A stretch of 64,000 bases of DNA, taken from a virus. The translations under genes were made by a program, and so were the position numbers. Below the pieces are notes generated by a model, which had not been told where the DNA came from, did not search any database, and saw only the letters and a list, made by a program, of their open reading frames with translations. The stretch lies in the IMG/VR virus record IMGVR_UViG_3300047443_000115, positions 1-64,000 of that record, one strand, 5' to 3'. Shown here piece by piece: positions 45,227 to 54,569 of the stretch; position 1 is the stretch's first letter; each line of letters opens with the position of its first letter.

Positions 45227-45751
45227 TCAGCGCGCCCCAAACATCCACGCGAGGGGCCAGCTGATGATGCTGGCCCAGATGGCGCAGACGCCCATGACGA
45301 TGGCCCCGGCGGTGCCCGGGATCGTGGCGCCGGCGAGAGGGGTGGCGGCGGCGTAGGCCAGGGTGCGGTTAGTGACCTTGTGGCCGTGACCGCCTCCGCC
45401 ATTACCGCGTCCGGCGCCCTTTGCGCCTGCGCCCTTGGTGCCTGCGGATGCGCCGCCCTTGTGGGGCCACAGGTCGGCGATGAGTACGGCGACGACGACC
45501 AGGCCGGTGATGCCGAGCACGACGGTGCCGGTCCACTGGCCGATGAATCCGCCGAGCCACCCGTCGGCCGTTGAAATCATGGCTCGCACGGATCGGCCGA
45601 GCGGCGTCCCGATGATCGCCGTGACTCCGGCGATCACCAGGCCCACTGTGAGTCGCGGCCACGCCTTGCGGCCGACCGTGCGGAGCAGAGCAGCGATAAC
45701 GAGGGCGATCACGCCTACGCCGACGCTGATCCCTGCATGGAGCAGGTTCAT
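45227..45751 (-). CDS. Multi-TM membrane protein (transfer/spread)
   Basis: About four TM helices; AAAGGAGG RBS. Confidence 0.7.
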   Translation of the reverse strand: MNLLHAGISVGVGVIALVIAALLRTVGRKAWPRLTVGLVIAGVTAIIGTPLGRSVRAMISTADGWLGGFIGQWTGTVVLGITGLVVVAVLIADLWPHKGGASAGTKGAGAKGAGRGNGGGGHGHKVTNRTLAYAAATPLAGATIPGTAGAIVMGVCAIWASIISWPLAWMFGAR

Positions 45752-45881
45752 GAGCGTCCTCCTTTGGATGTTGTTGCAGTTACGGACAGTTGCGGTATCC
45801 TCGCGCGCGCCCGCAGGCGCGTCGCCTGACGCGTAGGAACTGGGGACTTCACTTCCGGCAGCGAATGTGAATTGTGAAGAG

Positions 45882-46490
45882 TCACGGAGAGCCACCATTC
45901 GACGGGCCCGCAACCGCCCACAAGCCGGGGCCGATCCTCGCTACGGCCCCCCTGTTCGCGAGCCGGTTCAAGACCGTGGAGACCGACGACTTGTTCAGAC
46001 GAAGGGCATCCGCCAGTGCGGTGGTCGTCTCGGGAGACGGTGCTTGAGCGAGGTGGGCCAGAACCGATGCCGTGACCGCAGGCCTGGCGGGGGGCGTCAC
46101 GCAGGCGGCTGCGCTGATCACCTTCGCTTGCGTTCGCATCTTCGGCGGCGGCGTGGCCCTGACCAGGCGTTTCGGCGTCGATCGCGCCGGGAGTGGCCAC
46201 TGCAGGTGACCGGCCCGAACGACTTCGCGCTCGACGATCTCCACAGCGTCTCGATCGCCGAAGTCGAACCACTCGCCGCGGGTTCGGAATCGGCGCAGAA
46301 TGCTATGGAGCTTCTGCTCCAGATCCCTTCCGCCTGCGGTTTTCCACATCACGCACAGAGGGACGGGGCAGCCGCCCTGAAGGGATACGAGTCGGCGATC
46401 GATCTTCGTCGTTGTTCCGATCTTCACATACCGGAAGTCCGGAGACCCAATGACGTAGACCACCGAGCCCGCTTGCCCTGCCCCGGTCAC
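45882..46490 (-). CDS. GIY-YIG (T5orf172/Mug113-like) nuclease-domain protein with C-terminal wHTH
   Basis: VYVIG...VKIGTT...RRL..LQ...LEQKLH...RGEWF. Confidence 0.8.
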   Translation of the reverse strand: MTGAGQAGSVVYVIGSPDFRYVKIGTTTKIDRRLVSLQGGCPVPLCVMWKTAGGRDLEQKLHSILRRFRTRGEWFDFGDRDAVEIVEREVVRAGHLQWPLPARSTPKRLVRATPPPKMRTQAKVISAAACVTPPARPAVTASVLAHLAQAPSPETTTALADALRLNKSSVSTVLNRLANRGAVARIGPGLWAVAGPSNGGSP

Positions 46491-46738
46491 AGCCCGTCCT
46501 CCCTGCTCACGGCGCCCTGCAGTCCGACCAGCGTGGTTGCCAACTGCATCCACGCCTCGCCCTGCTGCTGGGGCGGGAGGTCGTTGATGATGCGGCGCAG
46601 GTGATCCCAGGAGGCAATGGCCTTCTCTTCCGGCGTGATGGCCGCGTCGTACTTGGCCTGCCAGAACACGGTGAGGTTGTCTCGCCGGCGCTGGGCTCGG
46701 GTCTTCTTGCCCGCGCGAGTCGTCTTGATCATTTCCAT
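46487..46738 (-). CDS. Hypothetical plasmid-type protein
   Basis: Coupled ORF in the transfer operon. Confidence 0.6.
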   Translation of the reverse strand: MEMIKTTRAGKKTRAQRRRDNLTVFWQAKYDAAITPEEKAIASWDHLRRIINDLPPQQQGEAWMQLATTLVGLQGAVSREDGL

Positions 46739-46746
46739 GTCTCCCG

Positions 46747-47865
46747 TCAGCTACCGGTGATGGAGCGGACGTTGGGCGATCCGAGCGCGGCGAGCTCGGG
46801 GTGGTCGGCTTCGATGGCGTCGCGGATCCGCTGGCACGACGAGCGGGAGATCGTCTTGTCGGCGAGCTTCCCGGCGACAAGCGCGTCCCGGATCTCGGTC
46901 CACTCCGGGCGCTTGCCAAGATCGGCGTACAGGGCGCGGACGCGCTCACGGCGCCGGTCGGCGACCGACTTCACGGCGCTCTTCTTGGGCTTGCCCTGAG
47001 CGCGCTCGCGGCGCTCGGTCGCGGGCTTCGGCGGGCGCCCATCCTGGGCGCGCTCAACGCGCTCGGGTTGAGCGCTCACCGGGCGCTCGATCTGGGCGCG
47101 CTCAACCACGGCTTCGGTGAGCGCCGGGCGCTCGGGTTCGGCGCTCACGATCGGGCGCTCAACCTCGACGACTGTGGGCGCATGGACGGGCGCCTCGGCG
47201 GTCGTCGCAACACGCTCGCGCCGCCGCGCCTTCTGCTCTCGCGGCGGCGCGATCATGAGGTGCATTCGCCACAGGATGAGAGACGCGATCGACGCCACCA
47301 CCGCGATCAACCACCACTGCGGCTTACCGCCCGCCGTGAGACCGAACAGGCCCACCGCAGCCAGGTGATAGATCACGTTCGCGGCGATGGTGAGACCGAT
47401 CGCCTGCAGGATGTCGCGGTGCCGGCGGAACGCCTGGATGACGTACACGTCGATGACGAGCGGCAGCAGCCACGCCACGCCGCCGCCGAAGCCGACCATC
47501 CTCGCGAGCGAGTACTCACCCGACGCGGTGAGACCGACGGCGCCGGCGATGACGACACGGGCGGCCCATACGTCGAGCTGGGCGGCGGTCTTCTTCTTCT
47601 GATCCGTCTCGGCGGCGGCCTCGTCCCGGATCCGCTGGGCTTCGGCACGCGCCCGGTCGAGCTCCGCCTTGGCGGTGTCGCGGACCCGGTCGGCATCCTT
47701 GCCGGCCTTCTCGTGCATCTCGTTGGCCTTGGCGAGCAGGGCCGCGGCATCGGCGCGGTCTGCTTCGGCTTGCGGGTCGGGCTGGGGCGGCGTGACGGGC
47801 CATACTTCGCCGAACACGGGCATGGCAAGCGGCTTGGGGGTGCCGTTCACCTGGTTGGCGGTCAC
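46747..47865 (-). CDS. SpdB2/DUF2637-like spread membrane protein
   Basis: Coiled coil, four TMs (GEYSLARMVGF...AWLLPLVIDVY), repetitive linker, C-terminal HTH-like segment. Confidence 0.7.
   Translation of the reverse strand: MTANQVNGTPKPLAMPVFGEVWPVTPPQPDPQAEADRADAAALLAKANEMHEKAGKDADRVRDTAKAELDRARAEAQRIRDEAAAETDQKKKTAAQLDVWAARVVIAGAVGLTASGEYSLARMVGFGGGVAWLLPLVIDVYVIQAFRRHRDILQAIGLTIAANVIYHLAAVGLFGLTAGGKPQWWLIAVVASIASLILWRMHLMIAPPREQKARRRERVATTAEAPVHAPTVVEVERPIVSAEPERPALTEAVVERAQIERPVSAQPERVERAQDGRPPKPATERRERAQGKPKKSAVKSVADRRRERVRALYADLGKRPEWTEIRDALVAGKLADKTISRSSCQRIRDAIEADHPELAALGSPNVRSITGS
46942..47163. repeat. Cluster of about 12 GCGCTC direct repeats (candidate clt/TraB-binding sites)
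   Basis: GCGCTC at about 46942, 46976, 47002, 47011, 47050, 47059, 47072, 47083, 47098, 47128, 47141, 47155, read in more than one codon phase. Confidence 0.5.
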
Positions 47866-47900
47866 GTCGTTCTCCTTCATGGGGTGGGGGTGTGGGTGGG

Positions 47901-48131
47901 TCAGTGCTCGGCGCTCTGGTCCTCGGCGACGGTGAACTTCGCCTGCCGCCAGGCGCCCCAAAAGTAGGCGAGGCTGTTGAAGACACCGAGGAAGGCGGAC
48001 CCCACCGCGAACACACCCACGGCGAACGGCAGGTGGTGGATGTACAGCTCGCGGGCGAGGAGCAGGGCGAAGACGAGAGCGATGGCGGCGAAGATCCCGT
48101 AGGCGATGGCGGGCTTGTCGGTGGCGGTCAC
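47901..48131 (-). CDS. Small two-TM membrane protein
   Basis: Two TM helices. Confidence 0.65.
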   Translation of the reverse strand: MTATDKPAIAYGIFAAIALVFALLLARELYIHHLPFAVGVFAVGSAFLGVFNSLAYFWGAWRQAKFTVAEDQSAEH

Positions 48132-48220
48132 GGGGTTCCTTCCGGGATTCGGGTCGGGTTCGGGGTCGCTGGCCGTTCTCCTTGGTGCTCACCCCGGGGG
48201 TTGAGCACCGCGGTCAGCAG

Positions 48221-48451
48221 TCAGCGGGTGCGGACTCGCCGCGAGTCGGTGATGGAGTCGGCAAGGAGTCGGGTGGCGTCGATACCGCGCGGCACCTCGA
48301 AGTCGTGGCGGCGGGGGCACCGGAGACGGGCCTTGCCGCCAGCGCGGCCGTAGACAGTGAGGCCCGTGCGGGCCCTGCATGACGGGCAGACGGCAGCGAC
48401 GCCGCCACCGGTGATCTCTCCTGCGTATGTGGTCTCGTACTGCTCGGCCAT
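48221..48451 (-). CDS. Small Zn-ribbon protein
   Basis: CPSC...CPRRH. Confidence 0.55.
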   Translation of the reverse strand: MAEQYETTYAGEITGGGVAAVCPSCRARTGLTVYGRAGGKARLRCPRRHDFEVPRGIDATRLLADSITDSRRVRTR

Positions 48452-48475
48452 GGGGTTCCTTCCGGATGGAGTGAG

Positions 48476-48931
48476 TCAGCGGTTGTGGATGTGCCGGGCC
48501 CCGGTTTCCCGGAGTGCGGTGTGTGCCTGCCGGGCGTGCAGTCCGGCGGTGTCGAGGTGGTCGGGGGTGGCGTCGCCGAGAGCCATGGCCGCATCGACGG
48601 CGCTCTGCGCGAGGGCGATGAGCCGGGTGTCGTCGGTGGCCATGTGGAGGGTGTCCATGGCGCTGGTGACGGCGGACCGGGCCGCGTACCGGGCGGTGCG
48701 GGCCTCGGCGGTGTCGGGCTGCTGCTCCCGGCGGGCGACGTGCTTCAGGTACTGCTGCTCCCGATGCCGGACCAGTGCGGCCAGCAGTGCGGGGATCGCG
48801 TCGGCCACGGCCTGACGGCGCCGCTCGGCCTTCGCCGCCTCGGTGGTGCGGGTGGAGGTGAGGTGCTGCAGTCCGCCGGCCACGACGCCACCCAGCAGGG
48901 TGCCGATGACGGCAACGATCGTGGCGAGCAT
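48476..48931 (-). CDS. kilB: KilB-like protein (Streptomyces plasmid kil function)
   Basis: MLATIVAVIGTLLGG...QH...ALVRHR...RYAARSAVT resembles pIJ101-type KilB. Confidence 0.6.
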   Translation of the reverse strand: MLATIVAVIGTLLGGVVAGGLQHLTSTRTTEAAKAERRRQAVADAIPALLAALVRHREQQYLKHVARREQQPDTAEARTARYAARSAVTSAMDTLHMATDDTRLIALAQSAVDAAMALGDATPDHLDTAGLHARQAHTALRETGARHIHNR

Positions 48932-49071
48932 GTGGGGCTCCTTTCGGGTTCGATTGCGGGTCGGGTCGTGCACCGGGGTCCTGGGCCGGGGGGAGCGTTC
49001 ACCCAGGACCCCGGCGGTCTTTGCCGGGCTTGGCAGGTCGTCGGAGCGGTGGTCCGTGCAAGCCCGGCGGA

Positions 49072-49260
49072 TCAAGGGGTGCGGCGGGTGATGCGGAACC
49101 CGGTGCCGTCCTCGGTCGTGTTGCCTCGGACTTCGCGCACCGTGTGGCCGTCCAGGCCGTCGTAGGCGTTCTGGAAGCCGGGCAGCACGATCGAGGTGGA
49201 TCCGTCCGGGCGGGTGAGCTCGTAGGCGGTCACTTCGTGGGACTGGCGGTCGGCGGGCAT
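49072..49260 (-). CDS. Hypothetical protein
   Basis: Small ORF in the operon. Confidence 0.5.
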   Translation of the reverse strand: MPADRQSHEVTAYELTRPDGSTSIVLPGFQNAYDGLDGHTVREVRGNTTEDGTGFRITRRTP

Positions 49261-49264
49261 GGGG

Positions 49265-49429
49265 TCAGTCGCCGTAGTTCTCGGGGAGTCCGTGGCGTCG
49301 GAGCCACTCGCTCTCCATGGAGTTGGAGCCCTGTGAGTCGTAGTAGGCGCGGGCGTCGTTGACCTCGTCGTCGGTCATCTCGCCGGAGGTCTTCGGGTAC
49401 CAGGACTGCTGGGTGTGGTCGGTGCTCAT
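49265..49429 (-). CDS. Hypothetical 54-aa protein (not in the ORF track)
   Basis: MSTDHTQQSWYPKTSGEMTDDEVN...; GAGGA RBS. Confidence 0.5.
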   Translation of the reverse strand: MSTDHTQQSWYPKTSGEMTDDEVNDARAYYDSQGSNSMESEWLRRHGLPENYGD

Positions 49430-49465
49430 GGGGTTCCTCTCGGGTGTGGCGGATGGTCGGACTGG

Positions 49466-49768
49466 TCAGACGAGCTGCAGGTCTTCGTTGGCGTCGTACA
49501 GCAGCCGGTCCGCCTGGGTGAGCAGCCGCTTCCGGGTCTTGGTGTCCTTCGGCCCGAGGTGCTGCACGGCGCGGAGGACGTCGGCGGCCTGGGTAAGGCA
49601 TTCGCGTTCGTAGCCGAGCGGGCTGAGCCGGTTGAGGACCGCGTCGAGGAAGCCGGTGAACCCGGCCTCGGTGCAGTCGGCGGCGTCGAGGGTGATACCG
49701 ACGGCGTCGGCGATGGTTACGGCGTAGTCGGTGATCAGGGAGTCGACGGTGATGGGCTTGGTCTTCAC
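49466..49768 (-). CDS. Hypothetical protein
   Basis: GTG start with GAGAGGA RBS. Confidence 0.6.
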   Translation of the reverse strand: MKTKPITVDSLITDYAVTIADAVGITLDAADCTEAGFTGFLDAVLNRLSPLGYERECLTQAADVLRAVQHLGPKDTKTRKRLLTQADRLLYDANEDLQLV

Positions 49769-49784
49769 GGGGGTCCTCTCGGGA

Positions 49785-50009
49785 TCAGTAGGCGGGGCCG
49801 TCGACCTGGCGGACGTACAGCCGCACGCCGGGGTGTTCGGCCTGGGTGCGCAGTACGTCCTGGACGATGCTGTTGAGCGATCCCGGGCCGCCGACACCGC
49901 CGAAGCTGAGGAGCTCGCCGGTGGCGTCGTTGTAGACCCGGTAGTTCATGTCGACGTCGGAGGTGTCCTTGCGGTCCGGGAGGGGCTTGCCGTTCCAGTG
50001 GTCGCTCAT
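49785..50009 (-). CDS. Hypothetical protein
   Basis: GGAGGG RBS. Confidence 0.6.
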   Translation of the reverse strand: MSDHWNGKPLPDRKDTSDVDMNYRVYNDATGELLSFGGVGGPGSLNSIVQDVLRTQAEHPGVRLYVRQVDGPAY

Positions 50010-50835
50010 CGTCCGGTCCCTCCCCGGCGCTCTCGGGTGGGTGCGATGAGCGGCTTGCCGGGAATGCAGGGGCGTCCGGCGAGGTCGTCACGGGCGCGTT
50101 CGGCATCCGCCTTGTCGTGGGCCGTTCCGAGTTCGATGAGACCGTCCTTCGTCCACGTGTAGACCGACCACGCCATCACTGGCCTCCCTGCTGGCGTCGG
50201 GCTTCGTCGATCTTGCGCTGGGCCTCGGCGATCGCGGCCTGACGCTGCCGGACCTGCTCGGCCAGCGCGCGGGCAGCGGCGCCCTGATCGGATGCGGTGG
50301 ACATGGTCACCACCGCCACTGCTGGATCGCCCGGCGACGCGCGGCGGAGCGCCTCGTCAGCCTGCGAGAGCTGGCCACCACCCGGGCGGGGCAGCGGAGG
50401 CAGGGCGGGGACGTCGTCGCGGTGGTCGGCGGCGCTCACGACTGCCCCCTCAGCGTCTCGCGCAGGCTGACGTTCGCCCGGTGGGTCTCCGCCAGCTCGT
50501 ACCGGCGGTCGAAGGGCAGGTGCGTGGTGGCCAGCAGGTGCCCCGTCTCGCGGACCGCCTCGTCGGCGGCGGCAAACGTCGTGGCCGTGGACGGCTGCGG
50601 GAGGTCGATGCGGGCGCTCATCGCACACCCCGCTTCGGCTTCCGTCGGCACCCGGCGGCGTGCTCCTCAGCGTCCCGGCGGGCGAACGGCAGACCCGCAT
50701 AGGCAGCTGGGCTGTCGCTGCGGTGACCGGCACTGCACTCCCACCGGTACGGGCTGTACGCGCGCTGCTCCGCCAGCACCTGGGCCGTGGCGCCGGAGCG
50801 CGTCGGGTAGGCCATGCCGTCGATCGGGGTCGCGG

Positions 50836-51183
50836 TCACAGGTCGGCCCCCACAAGCTCCAGCTCGGCCTCGACACGCAGGTGCTCGTCGGCCTCCCACT
50901 TGGCGAGGGCCGCTTCGGCGTCGTCCATCGCGGCGGCGAGCACCGGCGTCGGGATGCGGCGGGCGGTCAGCGCGAACGACTCGTACACCTCGAAGTCAGC
51001 GGCCTGCCAGTCGGCGACCGGAACCTCGGCGGTCAGTACGCCGGCGTCGGCAGTGTGGAACACGATCGGCGCGAACACCTGCGCGGACGGCTTCGGCGGG
51101 TTCGAGGCACCGGGAGTGCGCTTCGGGAGCGGCGCGGCGGACATGGCGGGGGCGGTCGGGCGGAGGGCGGTGGCGGTGGTCAT
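50836..51183 (-). CDS. Hypothetical protein
   Basis: Coupled to the xis-like gene. Confidence 0.6.
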   Translation of the reverse strand: MTTATALRPTAPAMSAAPLPKRTPGASNPPKPSAQVFAPIVFHTADAGVLTAEVPVADWQAADFEVYESFALTARRIPTPVLAAAMDDAEAALAKWEADEHLRVEAELELVGADL

Positions 51184-51422
51184 GATGCGAGCTCCTCTAC
51201 GGCGGCGGGGACACCCAGGAATTCGAGGACTGCGGAGGGCGGGATCTTCGTCAGGGTCTGGCGAACCTGACCGCTGCCACGACTGGTGGAGCGCAGGCGG
51301 CCGGACTTGACGGCCCGGTAGACCGTGGCCTGGTGGACGCCGATCAACTCGGCGACCTCGGGAACGGTGAGGGAATCCCTCAGCTCGGCGAGCACTGCGT
51401 CGAGTGCGGCTCGGCCAGTCAT
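51180..51422 (-). CDS. Excisionase-family HTH protein
   Basis: LTVPEVAELIGVHQATVYRAVKSGRL (HTH_17 pattern). Confidence 0.8.
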   Translation of the reverse strand: MTGRAALDAVLAELRDSLTVPEVAELIGVHQATVYRAVKSGRLRSTSRGSGQVRQTLTKIPPSAVLEFLGVPAAVEELAS

Positions 51423-51481
51423 GCGCAGTCCTCCAGATGGGTGCGGAAAGGTGAAGCTGCAGGTGAAGACCACCTGTGCAG

Positions 51482-51540
51482 CTTGGGTATCCAAGTGCGA
51501 TAGGACGACCATAGAGCGCCCGCCTTGGGTATGCAAGTAT
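51482..51540 (-). promoter_or_regulatory. Leftward promoter (TTGCAT-17-TATGGT) with two CTTG-N2-TA-N2-CAAG operators
   Basis: CTTGGGTATCCAAG at 51482-51495 and CTTGGGTATGCAAG at 51524-51537. Confidence 0.7.
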
Positions 51541-51671
51541 TGCGAGTGGGTCACCTTGGAGCGACCTCAAGTCATTGGCGAGGAGGTGTGGCCTGAGGGG
51601 CAGGGAAGGACGTTCGTAGTTCGTCTAGTCGCGTTTGACTTGACCTGTCTACCGAACTTAGACTTAGACTC

Positions 51672-51887
51672 ATGAAGTACCGGGATCTGATCAGCAAGAT
51701 CAGGAAAGCCGCGAAGCAGCTAGACATCCCCTTCGTCAAACAGCGACAGAAGGGGAGCCATCAGGTGTGGCTTTGCGGCACGACGCCCGTCGTCATCCCG
51801 AAGCACGGCGGTGAGATCAACGAGATCACTGCGATCAGCATCTGCAAGACCCTGGAAGAACCGCTCGGAGAGGGGTGGTGGAAGTGA
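51672..51887 (+). CDS. hicA: HicA toxin
   Basis: QKGSHQVW...VIPKHGGEI...I motif. Confidence 0.88.
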   Translation: MKYRDLISKIRKAAKQLDIPFVKQRQKGSHQVWLCGTTPVVIPKHGGEINEITAISICKTLEEPLGEGWWK

Positions 51888-52279
51888 AGACCTACCGCGT
51901 CAAGGCCCGCCGTGTCGGCAATTGGTGGGCACTCGAAGTGCCCGACCTGCCTGGCGTCTTCAGCCAGACGAAGCGGCTTGATCGGGCCGACAAGGAAGCG
52001 CGCGAGGCCATCGCGGTCATGCTCAACGTTGAACCGGACACGATCGGCGTCGACATCGATGTAGACCTTCCAAGGGAAGCGCGGGACGTCTTGCTGATGG
52101 CCCGACGCGCCCGCCAGGCCGCAAAGGAAGCCGCCGACGCGGAGCGGAAGGCGATGCAGGAAGCCGCCGCAGTTCTCACGCGCGATCTCAGCCAGCGCGA
52201 TGCGGGGCGCGTCATGGGCGTCTCGTTCCAGCGCATCTCGCAGCTGCTCAACCCGATGCATGGCAAGCACGCCGGCTAG
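51884..52279 (+). CDS. hicB: HicB antitoxin with C-terminal HTH
   Basis: WALEVPDLPGVFSQ...AREAIA; LSQRDAGRVMGVSFQRISQL. Confidence 0.88.
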   Translation: MKTYRVKARRVGNWWALEVPDLPGVFSQTKRLDRADKEAREAIAVMLNVEPDTIGVDIDVDLPREARDVLLMARRARQAAKEAADAERKAMQEAAAVLTRDLSQRDAGRVMGVSFQRISQLLNPMHGKHAG

Positions 52280-52288
52280 CCACTACAC

Positions 52289-52330
52289 GCACTGAAGGCC
52301 CCCGCTCGCTTGAGCGGGGGCCTTCAGTGC
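52289..52330. terminator. Bidirectional terminator
   Basis: GCACTGAAGGCCCCCGCTC-gctt-GAGCGGGGGCCTTCAGTGC perfect 19-bp stem. Confidence 0.8.
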
Positions 52331-52345
52331 GTTCGGAGAGTGGGG

Positions 52346-53119
52346 CTATACGTCGATCACGTATCGAAAGACATGGCGGTCAGTCGGCACGCGGGAGTCG
52401 AGCACCTCCAACGGCTTGCCGCTGGAGTCGTAGGCCGTCCGCAGGATCCGCGCGATGGGAACGCCGGCCGGGATGTCCAACTGCTCGGTCTCAAAGGGCT
52501 GGGGCATGCGGATGTCGAGGTCTTCGACGAACTGGACGATACGGCGGCCGATCGGGCCGTCGGGGTTCTCTATTACCGCATTGACGCCGCCCTTGATCGG
52601 GCGAGGCTCTGCGATCGGAGTCCCGGCCACGAGGTCGCGATCGTAGTAGCCGTCCACCAGTTGCATGGGGCTGTCGTCCACAGCGAAGAGGCGGCGGCGA
52701 ACCAGGACGGGCGTGCCGGTCTCGACGCCAAGCCTGCTGGCGATCTCCTCCGGGGCCGGAACCTCGGACACTTCCGTAATGGTCTGCTTGGCCCGCTGGC
52801 CCTGCGCTGCAGCCTCGGCGTTGTAGTTCGAGACGCCGGTGGCTCTGCGCTCGCGGTAGATACTGCCGACCTGGAGCATGCTGACGTGCGGTCGTTCGCG
52901 GACGAACGCGCCCTTGCCTTGGTGCGTGGTCACGAGCCCCTCCATTCGGAGGAGGGCAATGCCCTTGCGTACCGTCGCCCGGGTCACACCGAAGCGTTCC
53001 GCCAGTTGGTGCTCCGAAGTGAGCTTGTCCCCGGGGGCCAGATCGCCCCGAAGGATCTCCGCACGCAGCTCGTTGGCGACCCGCTTGAACGGGTGCTCCT
53101 GGTTCGGGTTGGGTGACAT
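52346..53119 (-). CDS. GntR/HutC regulator with UTRA domain (KorA/TraR-like)
   Basis: SEHQLAERFGVTRATVRKG...GKGAFV; C-terminal UTRA domain. Confidence 0.9.
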   Translation of the reverse strand: MSPNPNQEHPFKRVANELRAEILRGDLAPGDKLTSEHQLAERFGVTRATVRKGIALLRMEGLVTTHQGKGAFVRERPHVSMLQVGSIYRERRATGVSNYNAEAAAQGQRAKQTITEVSEVPAPEEIASRLGVETGTPVLVRRRLFAVDDSPMQLVDGYYDRDLVAGTPIAEPRPIKGGVNAVIENPDGPIGRRIVQFVEDLDIRMPQPFETEQLDIPAGVPIARILRTAYDSSGKPLEVLDSRVPTDRHVFRYVIDV

Positions 53120-53177
53120 CGCGCTCCTGATGGCCTGGATATACAAGCCAGAGTAGCCGCATCGGGAGCGAATGGGA

Positions 53178-53597
53178 CTACTCCTGTGCGGCGCACCATC
53201 CTGACCAGCGGGTTACCGTGATTTCAATGACGGGGCCGCTCGGTCGAGTCTCGCGATATTGCTCGTACTTGTATATCAAAGCGCTGACAAGTTCAGCCGC
53301 ATCCTCATTCGCCAGCACGCGTGCGTGGCCATCGGCGCGCACCCACCACAGCCGATCCCAGTCGTCCTTGTAGCGGTCCACTAGGAGAGCCACGGCAGGG
53401 TTCTCCTCAATGTTCCGGAGGCGCTTCAGATCCGTGTGGCGCTTCGGCTTGTGGTCGACAGCGATGGTGACCGTGTCGCCGTCGACAGCGAAGGTCGCGG
53501 GGACGAGGTGAGGCCGGCCAGCCGCGTCGACGGTGGCCAAGCGGAGGACTCGCGCGTCGGCAAAGCGGGCTCTGCACTGCTCCTCGGTCATCTGCAT
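53178..53597 (-). CDS. PPOX-class putative F420-dependent enzyme
   Basis: LATVDAAGRPHLVP...VDHKPK...RLRNIEENP...DDWDRLWWVRADG. Confidence 0.85.
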   Translation of the reverse strand: MQMTEEQCRARFADARVLRLATVDAAGRPHLVPATFAVDGDTVTIAVDHKPKRHTDLKRLRNIEENPAVALLVDRYKDDWDRLWWVRADGHARVLANEDAAELVSALIYKYEQYRETRPSGPVIEITVTRWSGWCAAQE

Positions 53598-53640
53598 ACC
53601 GAGACGGTACCCAGCCGCCCGGATTGCTTCATTCGCAGTA

Positions 53641-53695
53641 CTTGCATACCCATGCTGCGCAGGCTACGGTCATCGAGTCAGCTTGGGTATCCAAG
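53641..53695 (+). promoter_or_regulatory. Rightward promoter (TTGCAT-17-TACGGT) with the same operator pair
   Basis: CTTGCATACCCATG at 53641-53654 and CTTGGGTATCCAAG at 53682-53695. Confidence 0.7.
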
Positions 53696-53815
53696 TGATT
53701 CCCGGCGCTAGGCATGCAAAAGGCCGGACGGTTGCCACCGTCCGGCCGAAGATCAAGGCGGGGTGCAACCCGCCGATCAGTTGAGGTCCAACCTGCCTGG
53801 AAGGAGCGCTCTTCT

Positions 53816-54145
53816 GTGAGCGTACAACAGAGCACGTCCGTTCGACCCACCGAAACCTCTGAGGCCTCCGTCACCCCTCCCGCCGTCACGCTTCTGGCGA
53901 AGCTGTGGCAGTCGGCACCCCTCTCCCTGCTCCTCGAAGCGGCGAACGCCCGCGTCCTGGACTCGGAGATCGACGACGACTACTTCTTCGGCAGTGCGGT
54001 GCAGCGCAAGGACGGGCGTCTGTTCCTCGTCATGCCGACCGGCCGGCCCGAGGCGGAGCGGGACACGATCGTCCGCGACCTCATGGCGCGGATGCTCCGC
54101 GTACCGCTGCCGGGCATGACGCCGACCAGGCGAGTGGCCGCATGA
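53816..54145 (+). CDS. Hypothetical protein
   Basis: GTG start with AAGGAG RBS. Confidence 0.65.
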   Translation: MSVQQSTSVRPTETSEASVTPPAVTLLAKLWQSAPLSLLLEAANARVLDSEIDDDYFFGSAVQRKDGRLFLVMPTGRPEAERDTIVRDLMARMLRVPLPGMTPTRRVAA

Positions 54146-54477
54146 CCGACGGCAACATCCCCGACTACTACATGGAGCGCGCGCGCTTCCTCGCCACCGT
54201 CAAGGACATTGGCGAGGGGACCGAGGTGGCCGACGCGGCGCTCGACCTGATGATCAGGCTGGAGAGTTCCATCCAGTCACCCTGGGCAGTCACAGACCCG
54301 TTCGCCGCCGAGCGCTACCTCGTGGCACGCGGAGCCGACCCGGACGTCGCATCCGAGGAGGGTGTCGTCTTTGAGATCCAGATGCGCGCCCTCGTCAGCA
54401 TCGGCCTCGGACGCCCCGTCCAGTCGTTCAGCGAGATCGCCGGCTGGATCGCCGAACACGTCGACACCACCCCGTAG
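54142..54477 (+). CDS. Hypothetical protein
   Basis: ATGA-coupled ORF. Confidence 0.65.
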   Translation: MTDGNIPDYYMERARFLATVKDIGEGTEVADAALDLMIRLESSIQSPWAVTDPFAAERYLVARGADPDVASEEGVVFEIQMRALVSIGLGRPVQSFSEIAGWIAEHVDTTP

Positions 54478-54569
54478 TTGTCCGTCCCTGCCCGTACAGT
54501 CGCATGACCGCCCCCGACTGGATTCACGTCCAATCGGGGGCGGTTCGCGGACCGGTAAGGAGTCCACGC

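Noticed and set aside
48140-48170. TCGGG repeats as clt
   Set aside because: Few copies, and similar CCCGA-rich leaders precede several RBSs in this operon.
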